64,000 nt of DNA from Myxococcales bacterium (GCA_036488495.1 DASXHM010000276.1:176-64175), one strand, 5' to 3'; counted from the first letter of the stretch, positions 37,977 to 47,419 are shown. The notes: generated from the sequence alone by a model not told the origin. Numbers and translations are program-made.

Positions 37977-38633
37977 ATGAACCGGCTTGTCTTTGCTGTG
38001 GCGTTCGCCGTCGCTTGCGCAACCGCGCCGACCCCCGTCGCAAAGGACGGCGCCCACAATGCCGTGCGCGCACCTTCCGTGCGCTTCATCCCGCTCGACC
38101 ACGGCTACAGCCTTTCGCCGCATGGCGAGCCCGCCAAGGTGCTGGTCGACGACAAGGAGATCGCCGCCGAGCCGCCCTTCAAGGTAGTCGGCGTGGTCGA
38201 GATCGAAGGCAAGGAGACCGAGCAACTCGCGGCCTTCGTCGCCCGCGCCGAGGACGGAGGCGCGTCGGCGGGCTGCGACGTGCTGGTCGAGCGCGACGCC
38301 TTCGAGCTCGGCACGCGGGTGCAACGACCGAGCACCCCCGTCTTCAACAGCCAGATCACCCGCGGCATGCTCGGCCGGGATTGGCAGCGCAACGATCAGG
38401 TGGTCTGGCAATTCCTCTGCGGCGTGAACGGCGCGAGCGATTCCGAGCAGGCGCAGACGCTGAAGCGGGCCACCTCTCTTGCGGTCGACCTTCGCCGCAA
38501 GGAGTTGGGAAACTACGAGCCCTGCGAACCGTACACGCCGACCGGATCGCGCATCCGCAGGACGCGCGTCTGCGCCGACGATCCCGCCCATCATTCCGAG
38601 GCCGACGCGAGGAGCAGCGGTCCTTCGTACTGA
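37977..38633 (+). CDS. Hypothetical lipoprotein (218 aa)
   Basis: Signal peptide with lipobox MNRLVFAVAFAVAC. I recognise no family. Confidence 0.55.
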   Translation: MNRLVFAVAFAVACATAPTPVAKDGAHNAVRAPSVRFIPLDHGYSLSPHGEPAKVLVDDKEIAAEPPFKVVGVVEIEGKETEQLAAFVARAEDGGASAGCDVLVERDAFELGTRVQRPSTPVFNSQITRGMLGRDWQRNDQVVWQFLCGVNGASDSEQAQTLKRATSLAVDLRRKELGNYEPCEPYTPTGSRIRRTRVCADDPAHHSEADARSSGPSY

Positions 38634-38713
38634 GCGAACCGGTGCTGCAGATGAAACGAGCCGGGAAGGTGTTCTTCAACCAGCCGCCCAACGCGCCGGC
38701 GCTGCATTCGGAG

Positions 38714-39400
38714 ATGCTCATGCGTCACACCGCGCTCTTTCTCGGCATCGCGTTGACCTGCTGCGGCCGCGCCGGAAGCGTACAGCCTGCCGAGACGGGC
38801 ACCAGCGCGAGCGTCACGGTCGTCATCGGGCGGGGGGCGATGAATCTGGGCGCGGCGGCGTTTGGAACCAATCCGCTCAGCATCGCTGCGGGGACGCGCG
38901 TCACCTGGGTCAACCAGGATGACATGCCGCATACGGCGACCGCCGACGACGAGCTTTGGGATTCGGGCTTGTTGCAGCCTGGCGAGAGCTTCAGCTTCAC
39001 CTTCACGGGCGGCGGGACGTTTGGCTACCATTGCGCGATCCACGGCAAAGGCTTCATGTCCGGCGCCGTCGCCGTCGCAGGCGCAGCCAACCAAGGTTCG
39101 ATTCCGAGCCCGCAGGCGCTGACGCCGACGTTCAAGACGGTCCGCGACAAGATCCTCAATCCGCACTGCATGGCCTGCCATGTGCCGCCGGCGCCTTCGG
39201 GCGGGCTCGACTTCACCACCTGGGACAGCCTCGTGCACAATCCGGTCCTGCCGAACCTGATCGTGCCGGGGAGCCCAGGCCAGAGCCGGCTCTTCCTCCA
39301 CATGGTCGCGGCGGCGACGAGCGGCGGGCAGGAAGCGACCACTACCGAAGAACGGAAGACCGTCTCCGATTGGATCCAGGCGGGCGCTCCGAACGACTGA
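38714..39400 (+). CDS. Cupredoxin (type-1 copper) fused to a c-type haem domain, probable lipoprotein
   Basis: Signal/lipobox MLMRHTALFLGIALTCC. Copper ligand pattern MPHTA...YHCAIHGKGFM (His, Cys-x2-His-x4-Met). C-terminal haem motif CMACH within a planctomycete-cytochrome-like segment (GGLDFTTW...VPGSPGQSRL). Confidence 0.7.
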   Translation: MLMRHTALFLGIALTCCGRAGSVQPAETGTSASVTVVIGRGAMNLGAAAFGTNPLSIAAGTRVTWVNQDDMPHTATADDELWDSGLLQPGESFSFTFTGGGTFGYHCAIHGKGFMSGAVAVAGAANQGSIPSPQALTPTFKTVRDKILNPHCMACHVPPAPSGGLDFTTWDSLVHNPVLPNLIVPGSPGQSRLFLHMVAAATSGGQEATTTEERKTVSDWIQAGAPND

Positions 39401-39444
39401 CGGCCCGACCGGCGCACGCGCCGAGGCCGGACATCCGGCGCACG

Positions 39445-39480
39445 AAAAAAAGCGGCGGAAGCCTTTTGGGCTCCCGCCGC
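39445..39480 (-). terminator. Rho-independent terminator for the S53 peptidase gene
   Basis: Hairpin GCGGCGGAAGCC-TTTT-GGGCTCCCGCCGC with an A7 run on the plus-strand 5' side, which is a T7 run after the hairpin on the minus strand. Confidence 0.55.
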
Positions 39481-39506
39481 CTGGTCAGACAAAGACAGAT
39501 CGTGCG

Positions 39507-41012
39507 TTAGTTCGGGTGCGCCTCGCCGTGTCCCGGCTTGCCCTGGCTGTGGCCCGACTGCGCGGTCGCGGCGACGCCCTGGCCGCGGGCCCAGGTGGTG
39601 ATGAGGCCGTTGATCACGCCGCCCGCCTTGGGCGAGCCGATGCCGGTGAAGGCATCCCAGCCGGCGCCGGCGCTGAAGCCCGTCACGGTAACGGCGTTGC
39701 CGTTGTCGTCGAGCTCGATGGCCGAGTTGGTGCCGCTGGTCACGTCATTGAACGCGCTGGCCGCGTTGCTCTGGCCGACCTTGTAGAGCGCGCTGTTGAC
39801 GAAGCCGAAGCTGTGGCCGGCCGCCTGGGCAGCGATGACCGTGAGGGCCGCCCACTGCGGCGAGCCGGCGCTGGTGCCACCGAACCGGAAGAAGCCCGTC
39901 GGAACGCCCGGGAAGTCCAGGTAGGTCAGGACGCCGTGAAGGATGGCCGCGTTGAAGGAGACGTCAGCCACGCCGCGCGCCTTGGCGCCGTGGAGCGTGC
40001 CCTGCTGGTACGACGGCGCATCCCAAACCGCGCTGAAGCCGCCGCCGCCCGCCTCGGTGGTGCCGAAGTTGTTCTGGAAGTCGCCGAACTGCGGGCCTTC
40101 GTTCCAGCCGATTTCGCCCTGGTACGTGCCGGCCGCCGCATGCGTGGCCGGGTTGCAGCCGAGCGAGGGGAGGCAGTAGTCAGCCGCGTGCAGCTCGGTG
40201 CCGCCGACCGAGAGGACGAGCGGGTCCGAGGCCGGCGAGGAAGTCGACTTGATCCACGAGCTGCCGTCGCACGAAGGCTGCGAGGCGCCCTGGTCGCCTG
40301 CCGAGGCGATCAGCGTGATGCCCTTCGCGGTCGCATTGGCGAACGCTTGGTGCCAAGCGGCGGTGAGATCCGGTCCGAGGCAAACGTCGGCCTCGCCGAA
40401 GCTCATCGAGATGACGTTGCCGCGGTTGTTGTTGATGGCGTCGTTGACCGCGTTGATGAGAGCGGTGTCCGAGTTGTTGGCGGCCGACTCGAGGACGATG
40501 TCCGCTCCCGGCGCAATCGCGTGCGCCCACTCGACGTCGAGCGAAATCTCCTCGGCCCAGCCGACCTGGTTCGAGTTCCCGCCGTCGAACGGCGTCAGGC
40601 CGTCCGGCGCGACGACCGTCAGGGTCGGGCCGTTGCCGGTGTTGAAGAGCGGAATCCCGTAGAAGTTGTTGAAGAAGTTCGCCTGGTTGACGATGTTCGG
40701 GTTCTGGAACGCGTCGACGATGACGATGGTCTTGCCGGTGCCGTCGAAGCCGGCCTTGATGACCTGGTCGACGCCGTAGGCGGTGCGCATCTGGAACGGA
40801 TCGTAGCACTGCCCGGTGCTGCGGCCGACCTGGCAGGAGAAGAGGCCGAAGTCGCTGCCGGTGGTCTCGAGCGTCATCGCGTTCGGGTCGTGGGCCGACC
40901 AGGGATGCACCGTATTATGAGAAACCGGTGCGGTGACATTGTTTGCGTGAGCCGGAGAACCGACGAGAGCGACCGACAGGGCGACCGCAACCGCTGCGAA
41001 AAACTTGAGCAT
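39507..41012 (-). CDS. Secreted S53 (sedolisin/kumamolisin-type) serine-carboxyl peptidase
   Basis: Signal peptide, E-x3-D motif (EEISLDVEWAHAIAPGA), GGGGFSAVWDAPSYQ, and catalytic Ser in GGTSAGSPQWAAL. Confidence 0.8.
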   Translation of the reverse strand: MLKFFAAVAVALSVALVGSPAHANNVTAPVSHNTVHPWSAHDPNAMTLETTGSDFGLFSCQVGRSTGQCYDPFQMRTAYGVDQVIKAGFDGTGKTIVIVDAFQNPNIVNQANFFNNFYGIPLFNTGNGPTLTVVAPDGLTPFDGGNSNQVGWAEEISLDVEWAHAIAPGADIVLESAANNSDTALINAVNDAINNNRGNVISMSFGEADVCLGPDLTAAWHQAFANATAKGITLIASAGDQGASQPSCDGSSWIKSTSSPASDPLVLSVGGTELHAADYCLPSLGCNPATHAAAGTYQGEIGWNEGPQFGDFQNNFGTTEAGGGGFSAVWDAPSYQQGTLHGAKARGVADVSFNAAILHGVLTYLDFPGVPTGFFRFGGTSAGSPQWAALTVIAAQAAGHSFGFVNSALYKVGQSNAASAFNDVTSGTNSAIELDDNGNAVTVTGFSAGAGWDAFTGIGSPKAGGVINGLITTWARGQGVAATAQSGHSQGKPGHGEAHPN

Positions 41013-41398
41013 TTATGAGTCCTTTTGCTTCCGCGGGGGTGGAAACTTCCGTTGTGTGGGCAACAACGGCGCGCACCCTACCCCTATTCCCCATCAATGA
41101 TCAAGATAGGTACAAATAAATCAATCTCGCTCGCCCAGCATATTGCCGGCCGAGCGGCGGACATCCTCGTCTCATCGTGCGGCGCCTGAGCGCACGTCCG
41201 CCCGAAGCACGACCAACCCGGCGGATGACGCCCATCCCGCGTCTGGTCGCCTGCGACTGCGGCGCAAGAAGCCGCCGCAGCGCCGCCGGCCGCTCACCTG
41301 CATGTCCGATTTTTGTCCTAGCGTCCGAACGCCAGGTGTCCAGACCTTTCGCAGCTGAACAGCAGCGACTGACTCATCCAGCGAAAGAAAAGGACGAC

Positions 41399-42490
41399 AT
41401 GCGATTGAGCTTCCCCCTCTACGCGATCTTGTTCACCTTTGGCGCCGTTGCAGCGAACGCGCAGACTGTTCCTTTGTACCGGGCCACGGTCGTCGGATCG
41501 GCTCCGTTCTCCCCCTCCTGCTTCGTCTCCAACCTCAGCGACACCGGCATCGTCGCCGGCACCTGCGACCCGTTCGGCAGCTACAAGGGCGGCATCGTCG
41601 AATGGCGCAACGGAATCGCCACTTCGTTCGGGAAGCTGCCGAAAGGCACGTCTGCACAGAACCGCGCCATCAACGCAGCCGGGGTGGTGGTCGGCGACGG
41701 CGACACCGGCGACGGCCGGCCGCACGCGCTGGTCAGCTTCAACGGCGCGCTTCTGCAGATGAAGGACGGCGGCGTCAATGACCGCGCCGTCGGCGTCACC
41801 GACAGCGGCGTCATCTTCGGCAACCTGATCAAGAGCTTCAGCGGCCAGTGGTCGCCGGTCTACTGGGCGGAGGATCCGGCGAAGCCGTCGAACTACCGCG
41901 TCACCCTGCTTCCTCTCTATGACGACGGCGGCGATCCGACCGTGCGCGGCGGCAGCCTCCAAGCCTCGAACAAGACTGGCCAGGCCGTCGGATGGCTCAA
42001 CGGGTCCGTCATCGGCCAACTGGGCGGCTTCTGGAACAACGACGCCGCGCATACCCCCGTTCCGCTCTCGGCGCTCCCGGGCGGTTGGAACGCGGTGGCC
42101 TACGGCTTGAACGACGTGGGCCAGGCGGTCGGCGCCGGCAACTCGCCGCTTTCGGTCTACATGCGCGCTGTCCTCTGGCAGAACGATGCGGAGCACACCG
42201 CGATCGATCTCGGGACGCTTCCGGGCGACACCGACAGCAAGGCGGCCTTCATCAACACCGCGGGCCTCATCGCCGGCTACAGCAGCAACAACATCACGAA
42301 CAGCGACAACCATGTGTTCGTCTACCAGAACGGGACGATGGCGGCCCTCAACTCGCTCATCGCCGACCCTGCGAACGGCACCTGGAACTTCACGGGAGTC
42401 AATGCGCTGAACAACGCCGGCCAGTTGCTCGTCATCGGCACCTACAACGGGCAGCTCTTCCACGACGTTCTGCTCACGCCGATTCAGTAA
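41399..42490 (+). CDS. Secreted HAF-family extracellular repeat protein
   Basis: Signal peptide MRLSFPLYAILFTFGAVAANA and reiterated units of the type A(I/L)N(x)AG(x)(V/I)(V/A)G ... H(A/V)(L/F)(V/L). Confidence 0.7.
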   Translation: MRLSFPLYAILFTFGAVAANAQTVPLYRATVVGSAPFSPSCFVSNLSDTGIVAGTCDPFGSYKGGIVEWRNGIATSFGKLPKGTSAQNRAINAAGVVVGDGDTGDGRPHALVSFNGALLQMKDGGVNDRAVGVTDSGVIFGNLIKSFSGQWSPVYWAEDPAKPSNYRVTLLPLYDDGGDPTVRGGSLQASNKTGQAVGWLNGSVIGQLGGFWNNDAAHTPVPLSALPGGWNAVAYGLNDVGQAVGAGNSPLSVYMRAVLWQNDAEHTAIDLGTLPGDTDSKAAFINTAGLIAGYSSNNITNSDNHVFVYQNGTMAALNSLIADPANGTWNFTGVNALNNAGQLLVIGTYNGQLFHDVLLTPIQ

Positions 42491-42532
42491 ACCGGCTCTC
42501 CGGCAGAAAACAATCCAGCAGAGCTTTCAATC

Positions 42533-42574
42533 GCGAGCATCGCGGGCAGCTTGCCGCGGTGCTCGCGCCTTTTC
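42533..42574 (+). terminator. Hairpin plus short T-run after the HAF-repeat gene
   Basis: GCGAGCATCGCGG / CCGCGGTGCTCGC 13-bp stem (one G-U pair), loop GCAGCTTG, followed by GCCTTTTC. Confidence 0.5.
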
Positions 42575-42611
42575 GGGGCTCGCCCCTCAGGCGCGGCGCA
42601 GCTTGCGACGG

Positions 42612-43316
42612 TCAGACGCCGAGGTGGCGGTGCAGCGCTTCAGGCTGCGCGCGGAGTGCCTCGCCGCCCAGCTCTTCGATGATGTGGCCGGTCCGGAGCA
42701 CATAGACGCGGTCGGCGAGCGTCAGCGCCGCGGTGATGTTCTGCTCGACGACCACGATCGTCTGACCTTCTTGGGCGAGCGTCCGGCAGGTGGTGAGCAA
42801 GTCGCGGACGATGATCGGCGCGAGGCCTTCGAACGGCTCGTCGAGCAGGATGATCTTCGGATCGCGGACCAGCGCACGCGCAATCGCGAGCATCTGCTGC
42901 TCGCCTCCGGAGAGGTCGGTGCCGCGGCTGCGCCTGCGCTCCTTGAGCCGGGGAAAGGTCTGCCAGACGCGGTCGAGCGGCCAGCGCTTCGATTTCGCGG
43001 TCAGCCCCGCCAGGACCAGGTTCTCCTCGACGTTGAGGCTGCCGAAGATACGCCGGTCCTCGGGCACGAGCTGCAAGCCCAGGCAGGCAATGGCGTGCGA
43101 CGGCAGCCCCTGGGTGGGCGTCCCGTCGAGCAGGATGGTGCCCGAGCGAGGCCGAACCAGGCCAATCAGGCTCTTCAAGGTGGTGCTCTTGCCCGCGCCG
43201 TTGCGCCCGAGCAGCGCCACCACTTCGTTCTTCTCCACCCGCATCGAGACGTCGAACAGAATGTGGCTGTCGCCGTAATAGCTGTTCAGCTTGTCGACCT
43301 CGAGGAGCGCGCTCAT
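42612..43316 (-). CDS. livF: Branched-chain amino acid ABC transporter ATP-binding protein
   Basis: Walker A GRNGAGKST, signature LSGGEQQ, Walker B ILLDEP. The rest of track ORF 42612..45095 is out of frame over the upstream gene. Confidence 0.85.
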   Translation of the reverse strand: MSALLEVDKLNSYYGDSHILFDVSMRVEKNEVVALLGRNGAGKSTTLKSLIGLVRPRSGTILLDGTPTQGLPSHAIACLGLQLVPEDRRIFGSLNVEENLVLAGLTAKSKRWPLDRVWQTFPRLKERRRSRGTDLSGGEQQMLAIARALVRDPKIILLDEPFEGLAPIIVRDLLTTCRTLAQEGQTIVVVEQNITAALTLADRVYVLRTGHIIEELGGEALRAQPEALHRHLGV

Positions 43317-45154
43317 TTGGCGGCCACTCCCCCGAGATACGCTTCCTGCACCCGGCCGCTCCCCTGGATTTCGCTGGGGGTGCCCTCGGCGAGGATGGCG
43401 CCTTCGTGCAGAACGGTGATGCGCTCGGCCAGCTCGAACACCGCATCCATGTCGTGATCGACCACCACCATGGTGCGGCCACGGCGGATCTTCTTCAGCA
43501 GTTGCACCGTCTCGGCGCGCTCCTGCGGGCTCATGCCGGCGAGCGGCTCGTCGAGCAGCAAGAGCGAGGGCGAAGTGGCAAGCGCAAGCGCGATCTCGAG
43601 CCTGCGCTTCTCGCCGTAGGCGAGCTCGGAAACCTGCGCGTCGGCGCGCGGCGAGAGGCCCACCAGCGAAATGGCGCTCTCCACCTGTGCGGAGAGGCCG
43701 GGCACGCGATTCACCCGGCGCAAGAGGTCGAGCGAGAAGCGGCCGCGCCGCTCGGCCAGCGCCGCCACCACCACGTTCTCGCGCACCGTCATCCGGGGGA
43801 AGAGCTGGTTGACCTGGTAGGTCTTGGTCAGGCCGCGCTGGCAGACGGCGTCCACGCTCATGCCGGTGATGTCCTGGCCCTCGAAGAAGATCTGTCCCGA
43901 GGTGGGCGGCAATTCGCAGGTGAGCATCTTGAAAAAGGTGCTCTTGCCGGCGCCGTTCGGGCCGATGACGGCGCGCAATTCGCCGCGCTCGACGCGGAAG
44001 TTGACGTCGCGATTCGCGACCAGGCCGCCGAACGACTTGGTCAGGCCGCGCGCTTCCAGAACCGGGCCGGTAGCGGCGGTTTGCTGGCGGCGCCCGGGGC
44101 CGACGCTGGCGACCGGCCCCGGCGCTGCCTGCGCGGGCGCCTCCTCGGGGGCGGCTCCCTGGCGGCGGCGCCGGAACAACCGGTCCTTCACGTCTTGGAT
44201 CCCGCCGATGAGACCGCGCCGCAGAAAGCACACCAAGAGCACGAACACGGTGCCCAGGATCAACATCCACGCGCTGCCCAGGTGGAGGTGCTGCTGCAAG
44301 AAATCGCGCAGATAGAGCCAGACCGCGGCGCCGAGCAATGGTCCGAACAAGGTCCCGACGCCGCCGATCGCAGTCTGGATGACGAGCTGGCCGGAGGTGT
44401 CGAAGGTGAACGCGTCGGGCGGCATGAACCCCTGCAAGACGCCGAGAAGCCCGCCCGCGAAGCCAGCGTAGATGGCGGCGATGACGAAGGCGGTCAGCTT
44501 GTACCCGCCGACGTGGTGCCCGACGGCGCGCGCACGGATGGGGTTGTCGCGAATGGCGCTCAGGATGGCGCCCACCGGCGAGCGCACGATGCGCAGCGCG
44601 AGGACGATGCCGATGAAGTAGCAAGCAGCGAGAAAGCTGTACATCGCCCAGCCGTTGTCGGCATTCCAAGAGAAATGGCCGATGTGCAGGCGCGGCGTGG
44701 GTACGCCGGGGATGCCGTTCTCGCCGCCCGTATAGGCCGCGAGCGGCGAAAACTCGATGAAGAAGAACATTTCGGCAATCGCAACGGTAATCATTGCGAA
44801 GTAAATGCCGGTTCGCCGGAGCGCGACGACACCGACGACCACTCCCGCGATGGCGGCGCCGATGGTGCCGATGACCAGCGCGACCACCACGCTCGACAGG
44901 ATGTTGTTGGTCAACAGGTACGCGGCAATGAAGCCGCCGGTGCCGAAGAATGCCGCCTGACCGAACGAGAGAAGGCCGGTGTAGCCGAAGAGGATGTCGA
45001 AGCCGATGCCGAAGATGCCCCAGACGATCACCTCGTTGACGGTGCCGGGGGCAAAGTCGAGATGCGGCAAGATGAACGGCGCCGCGATCAGGCAAAGCGC
45101 GGTCAGCCCTTCGACGAGGAGCGGGTAACGGGGTGTGAAACGGTCTGCGCTCAT
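43313..45154 (-). CDS. Fused LivM-type permease and LivG-type ATPase (613 aa)
   Basis: The N-terminal approx 330 aa are polytopic (LSFGQAAFFGTGGFIAAYLL). An Ala/Pro/Gln-rich linker follows, then GPNGAGKSTFFKM, LAYGEKRRLEIA and LLLLDEP. ATGA overlaps occur at both gene junctions. Confidence 0.8.
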   Translation of the reverse strand: MSADRFTPRYPLLVEGLTALCLIAAPFILPHLDFAPGTVNEVIVWGIFGIGFDILFGYTGLLSFGQAAFFGTGGFIAAYLLTNNILSSVVVALVIGTIGAAIAGVVVGVVALRRTGIYFAMITVAIAEMFFFIEFSPLAAYTGGENGIPGVPTPRLHIGHFSWNADNGWAMYSFLAACYFIGIVLALRIVRSPVGAILSAIRDNPIRARAVGHHVGGYKLTAFVIAAIYAGFAGGLLGVLQGFMPPDAFTFDTSGQLVIQTAIGGVGTLFGPLLGAAVWLYLRDFLQQHLHLGSAWMLILGTVFVLLVCFLRRGLIGGIQDVKDRLFRRRRQGAAPEEAPAQAAPGPVASVGPGRRQQTAATGPVLEARGLTKSFGGLVANRDVNFRVERGELRAVIGPNGAGKSTFFKMLTCELPPTSGQIFFEGQDITGMSVDAVCQRGLTKTYQVNQLFPRMTVRENVVVAALAERRGRFSLDLLRRVNRVPGLSAQVESAISLVGLSPRADAQVSELAYGEKRRLEIALALATSPSLLLLDEPLAGMSPQERAETVQLLKKIRRGRTMVVVDHDMDAVFELAERITVLHEGAILAEGTPSEIQGSGRVQEAYLGGVAAK

Positions 45155-46026
45155 TCGCGGCTCACGGCTCCCATCAGGCCTTGCGGCCGGAGCATCAGGA
45201 CGAGCGTCATCACCGCGAACAGCATCACCTGAGAATAGGCCGGGTCGACCATCGAGGTCAGGCTCAAGATCTCCCCGGAGATGATGCCGCCCAAAATGGC
45301 GCCCGGAAACGATCCCACCCCGCCGATGACCACGACGACGAACGTCTCCACCAGGATCGCCTCGCCCATGTTCGGCGTCAGCGAGACGACCGGAGCGTCG
45401 ATGATGCCGGCGAACCCGGCTGCCATCGCGCCGATGCCGAACACCACCATGAAGACGCGATAGACGTTGATGCCGAGCATGTCGACCATGGCGGCATCCT
45501 CGATGCCGGCGCGGACGATCATCCCGAGGCGGGTGCGGTAGAGGATGATGTACAGGATGAGCAGCGCCACGGTGGCGATGCCCATCACCACCAGGCGATA
45601 GGTCGGATAGACGATGAACCCCATCGGCGTGACGCCCGCGGCGGCGGCCGGAGCGGGGACCGTGCGCGACAGGCTGCCGTACCCGAAGCGCACCAGCTCG
45701 ATGATGACGATGCCGATGCCGAAGGTGACGAGGAGCTGATCTTCGGCGGGCCGGCTGTAGAAGTGCCGGATGATCACCACCTCGAGGAGGATGCCCACCA
45801 CGACGAGCGCAACCGCGCCGGCGATCACGGCGAGCAGGAACGATCCGGTCGCCTCGAAGGCTGCGTACCCGGCGTAGCCGCCCAGCATGAACATCGCGCC
45901 GTGTGCAAGGTTCAGCACGCCGAGGGTGCCATAAATGATGGTGAGGCCCGACGCGATGAGCGCGAGAAGCGCTCCCGACGCGAGGCCATTGAAGAGCTGC
46001 GCGAAGAAGTTCGGCCAGGTGATCAT
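45151..46026 (-). CDS. livH: Branched-chain amino acid ABC transporter permease
   Basis: Typical LivH N-terminus: FAQLFNGLASGALLALIASGLTIIYGTLGVLNLAHGA. Confidence 0.85.
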   Translation of the reverse strand: MITWPNFFAQLFNGLASGALLALIASGLTIIYGTLGVLNLAHGAMFMLGGYAGYAAFEATGSFLLAVIAGAVALVVVGILLEVVIIRHFYSRPAEDQLLVTFGIGIVIIELVRFGYGSLSRTVPAPAAAAGVTPMGFIVYPTYRLVVMGIATVALLILYIILYRTRLGMIVRAGIEDAAMVDMLGINVYRVFMVVFGIGAMAAGFAGIIDAPVVSLTPNMGEAILVETFVVVVIGGVGSFPGAILGGIISGEILSLTSMVDPAYSQVMLFAVMTLVLMLRPQGLMGAVSRE

Positions 46027-46078
46027 CTAGATGAAAGCGTCGGCCGTCGTCGTGACGGCCGGCGCTGCTGCAAAAGGT

Positions 46079-47419
46079 TCAGGTGTAGTCGCCGAGGTTG
46101 CAGCCGAACGCGTCCGGCTTCTGCATCAGCGGAAGTCCGGGGACGACCTCGGTGACTTCCCAGAAGTCCTCCGGGTTCTTCATCGCCTTGGGCGCCTTGC
46201 CCTTGACGATGATGACCGGCCGGACCAACTGGTGATCCTCGGGACGCCAATAGACCTCGCCGACGATGGAATTGACCTTGCGGCCCGCCTCGTACGACTT
46301 GATCACGTCCGGCGGATAGAAGGAGCCGGCGTTCTCGACGGCCTCCGCCCAGAGCGCGAGCTGCATGTACGAGTTCTCGGCGCCCCACTCGGGCTTCGAG
46401 CCGTACTTCTTCTGGAAGGAGTCGACGAACATCTTCGCCAGGGGGTACTTGTCCTCGAGCGTCCACCAGAAATCGGTGGCGGCCCACACGCCCTGGGTGA
46501 TTTCCGCGCCGACTTCCTTGGCGAGGAATGGGATCTGGTAGGGGATGACCAGCTTCATCTTGTCGAGCAGGCCGAACTGCTTCGCCTGCTTCGTCGAGAG
46601 CACCGCGTCGTGGCCCCAGTTCACGTTGAGGAGGATCTCGGCGCCGGAGTTGGCGATGTTGGTGCAGTACGAGCTGTAGTCAGGCGCGCCGAGCGGCGAG
46701 ACCTGGTTCGTCACCATCTGCCAGCCGCCGTTCTGGGTCAGGTAGTCGCTGCACGACTTGGTGACGGTGTGGCCGTACGTGTAGTCGGGCGTCATGAACG
46801 CCATCTTCTTGTTCTTGCCGAATGCCTTGAGCAGCACCGGGCCGATGGCTGCCGCGGCGGTCTGGCCGTAGAAGTCCTGGCGGAAGCCGTAGCGGACGCA
46901 ATCCTTGCCGGTGGTGTCGTTCGAGCCGGAGATGCCGGCGACGTAGAGGACCTTCTCGCGCTGGGCGAGGTGGTTCAACGCCACGGCGACCGCGCTGGAA
47001 GTCGAGCCGGTCATCAGGATGGCCTTGTTCTCGCTGATGAAGCGCTGCTGCGCCTGCACCGCGATGTTGGGCTTCGCGGTGGAGTCGGCGACGCCGAACT
47101 TGACCTCCTTGCCGAGCACGCCCTTCTTCGTCTTGGGCGAGAACTTCTTGATCAGCGGGTGCCCTTCGTTGATGTGCTCGATGGCGAGCTTGTAGCCGTT
47201 GAGCTCGTCCTCGCCCTGCACGGCATAGGTGCCGGTGAGCGGCGGAGTGATGCCAATGAAGACGGAGTCGCCTTGCGCGCCTGCGGGCCAGGTCCCGACG
47301 GGGGGCTTGTTGTTGTCAGCGGCGCGGGCGATGCGCGGCAACGCCGTCGCAGCCAAAAGCCCGCCGCCTACCCTGAGAACATCCCTCCGCGTCAGCTTCC
47401 CCTTCCCGTTTGCGCTCAT
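46079..47419 (-). CDS. ABC transporter substrate-binding protein (LivK/Peripla_BP_6-like) with a Tat-type signal
   Basis: AAGGAG lies 7 nt before the ATG at 47419. Twin-arginine signal LTRRDVLRVGGGLLAATALPRIARA. Confidence 0.8.
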   Translation of the reverse strand: MSANGKGKLTRRDVLRVGGGLLAATALPRIARAADNNKPPVGTWPAGAQGDSVFIGITPPLTGTYAVQGEDELNGYKLAIEHINEGHPLIKKFSPKTKKGVLGKEVKFGVADSTAKPNIAVQAQQRFISENKAILMTGSTSSAVAVALNHLAQREKVLYVAGISGSNDTTGKDCVRYGFRQDFYGQTAAAAIGPVLLKAFGKNKKMAFMTPDYTYGHTVTKSCSDYLTQNGGWQMVTNQVSPLGAPDYSSYCTNIANSGAEILLNVNWGHDAVLSTKQAKQFGLLDKMKLVIPYQIPFLAKEVGAEITQGVWAATDFWWTLEDKYPLAKMFVDSFQKKYGSKPEWGAENSYMQLALWAEAVENAGSFYPPDVIKSYEAGRKVNSIVGEVYWRPEDHQLVRPVIIVKGKAPKAMKNPEDFWEVTEVVPGLPLMQKPDAFGCNLGDYT

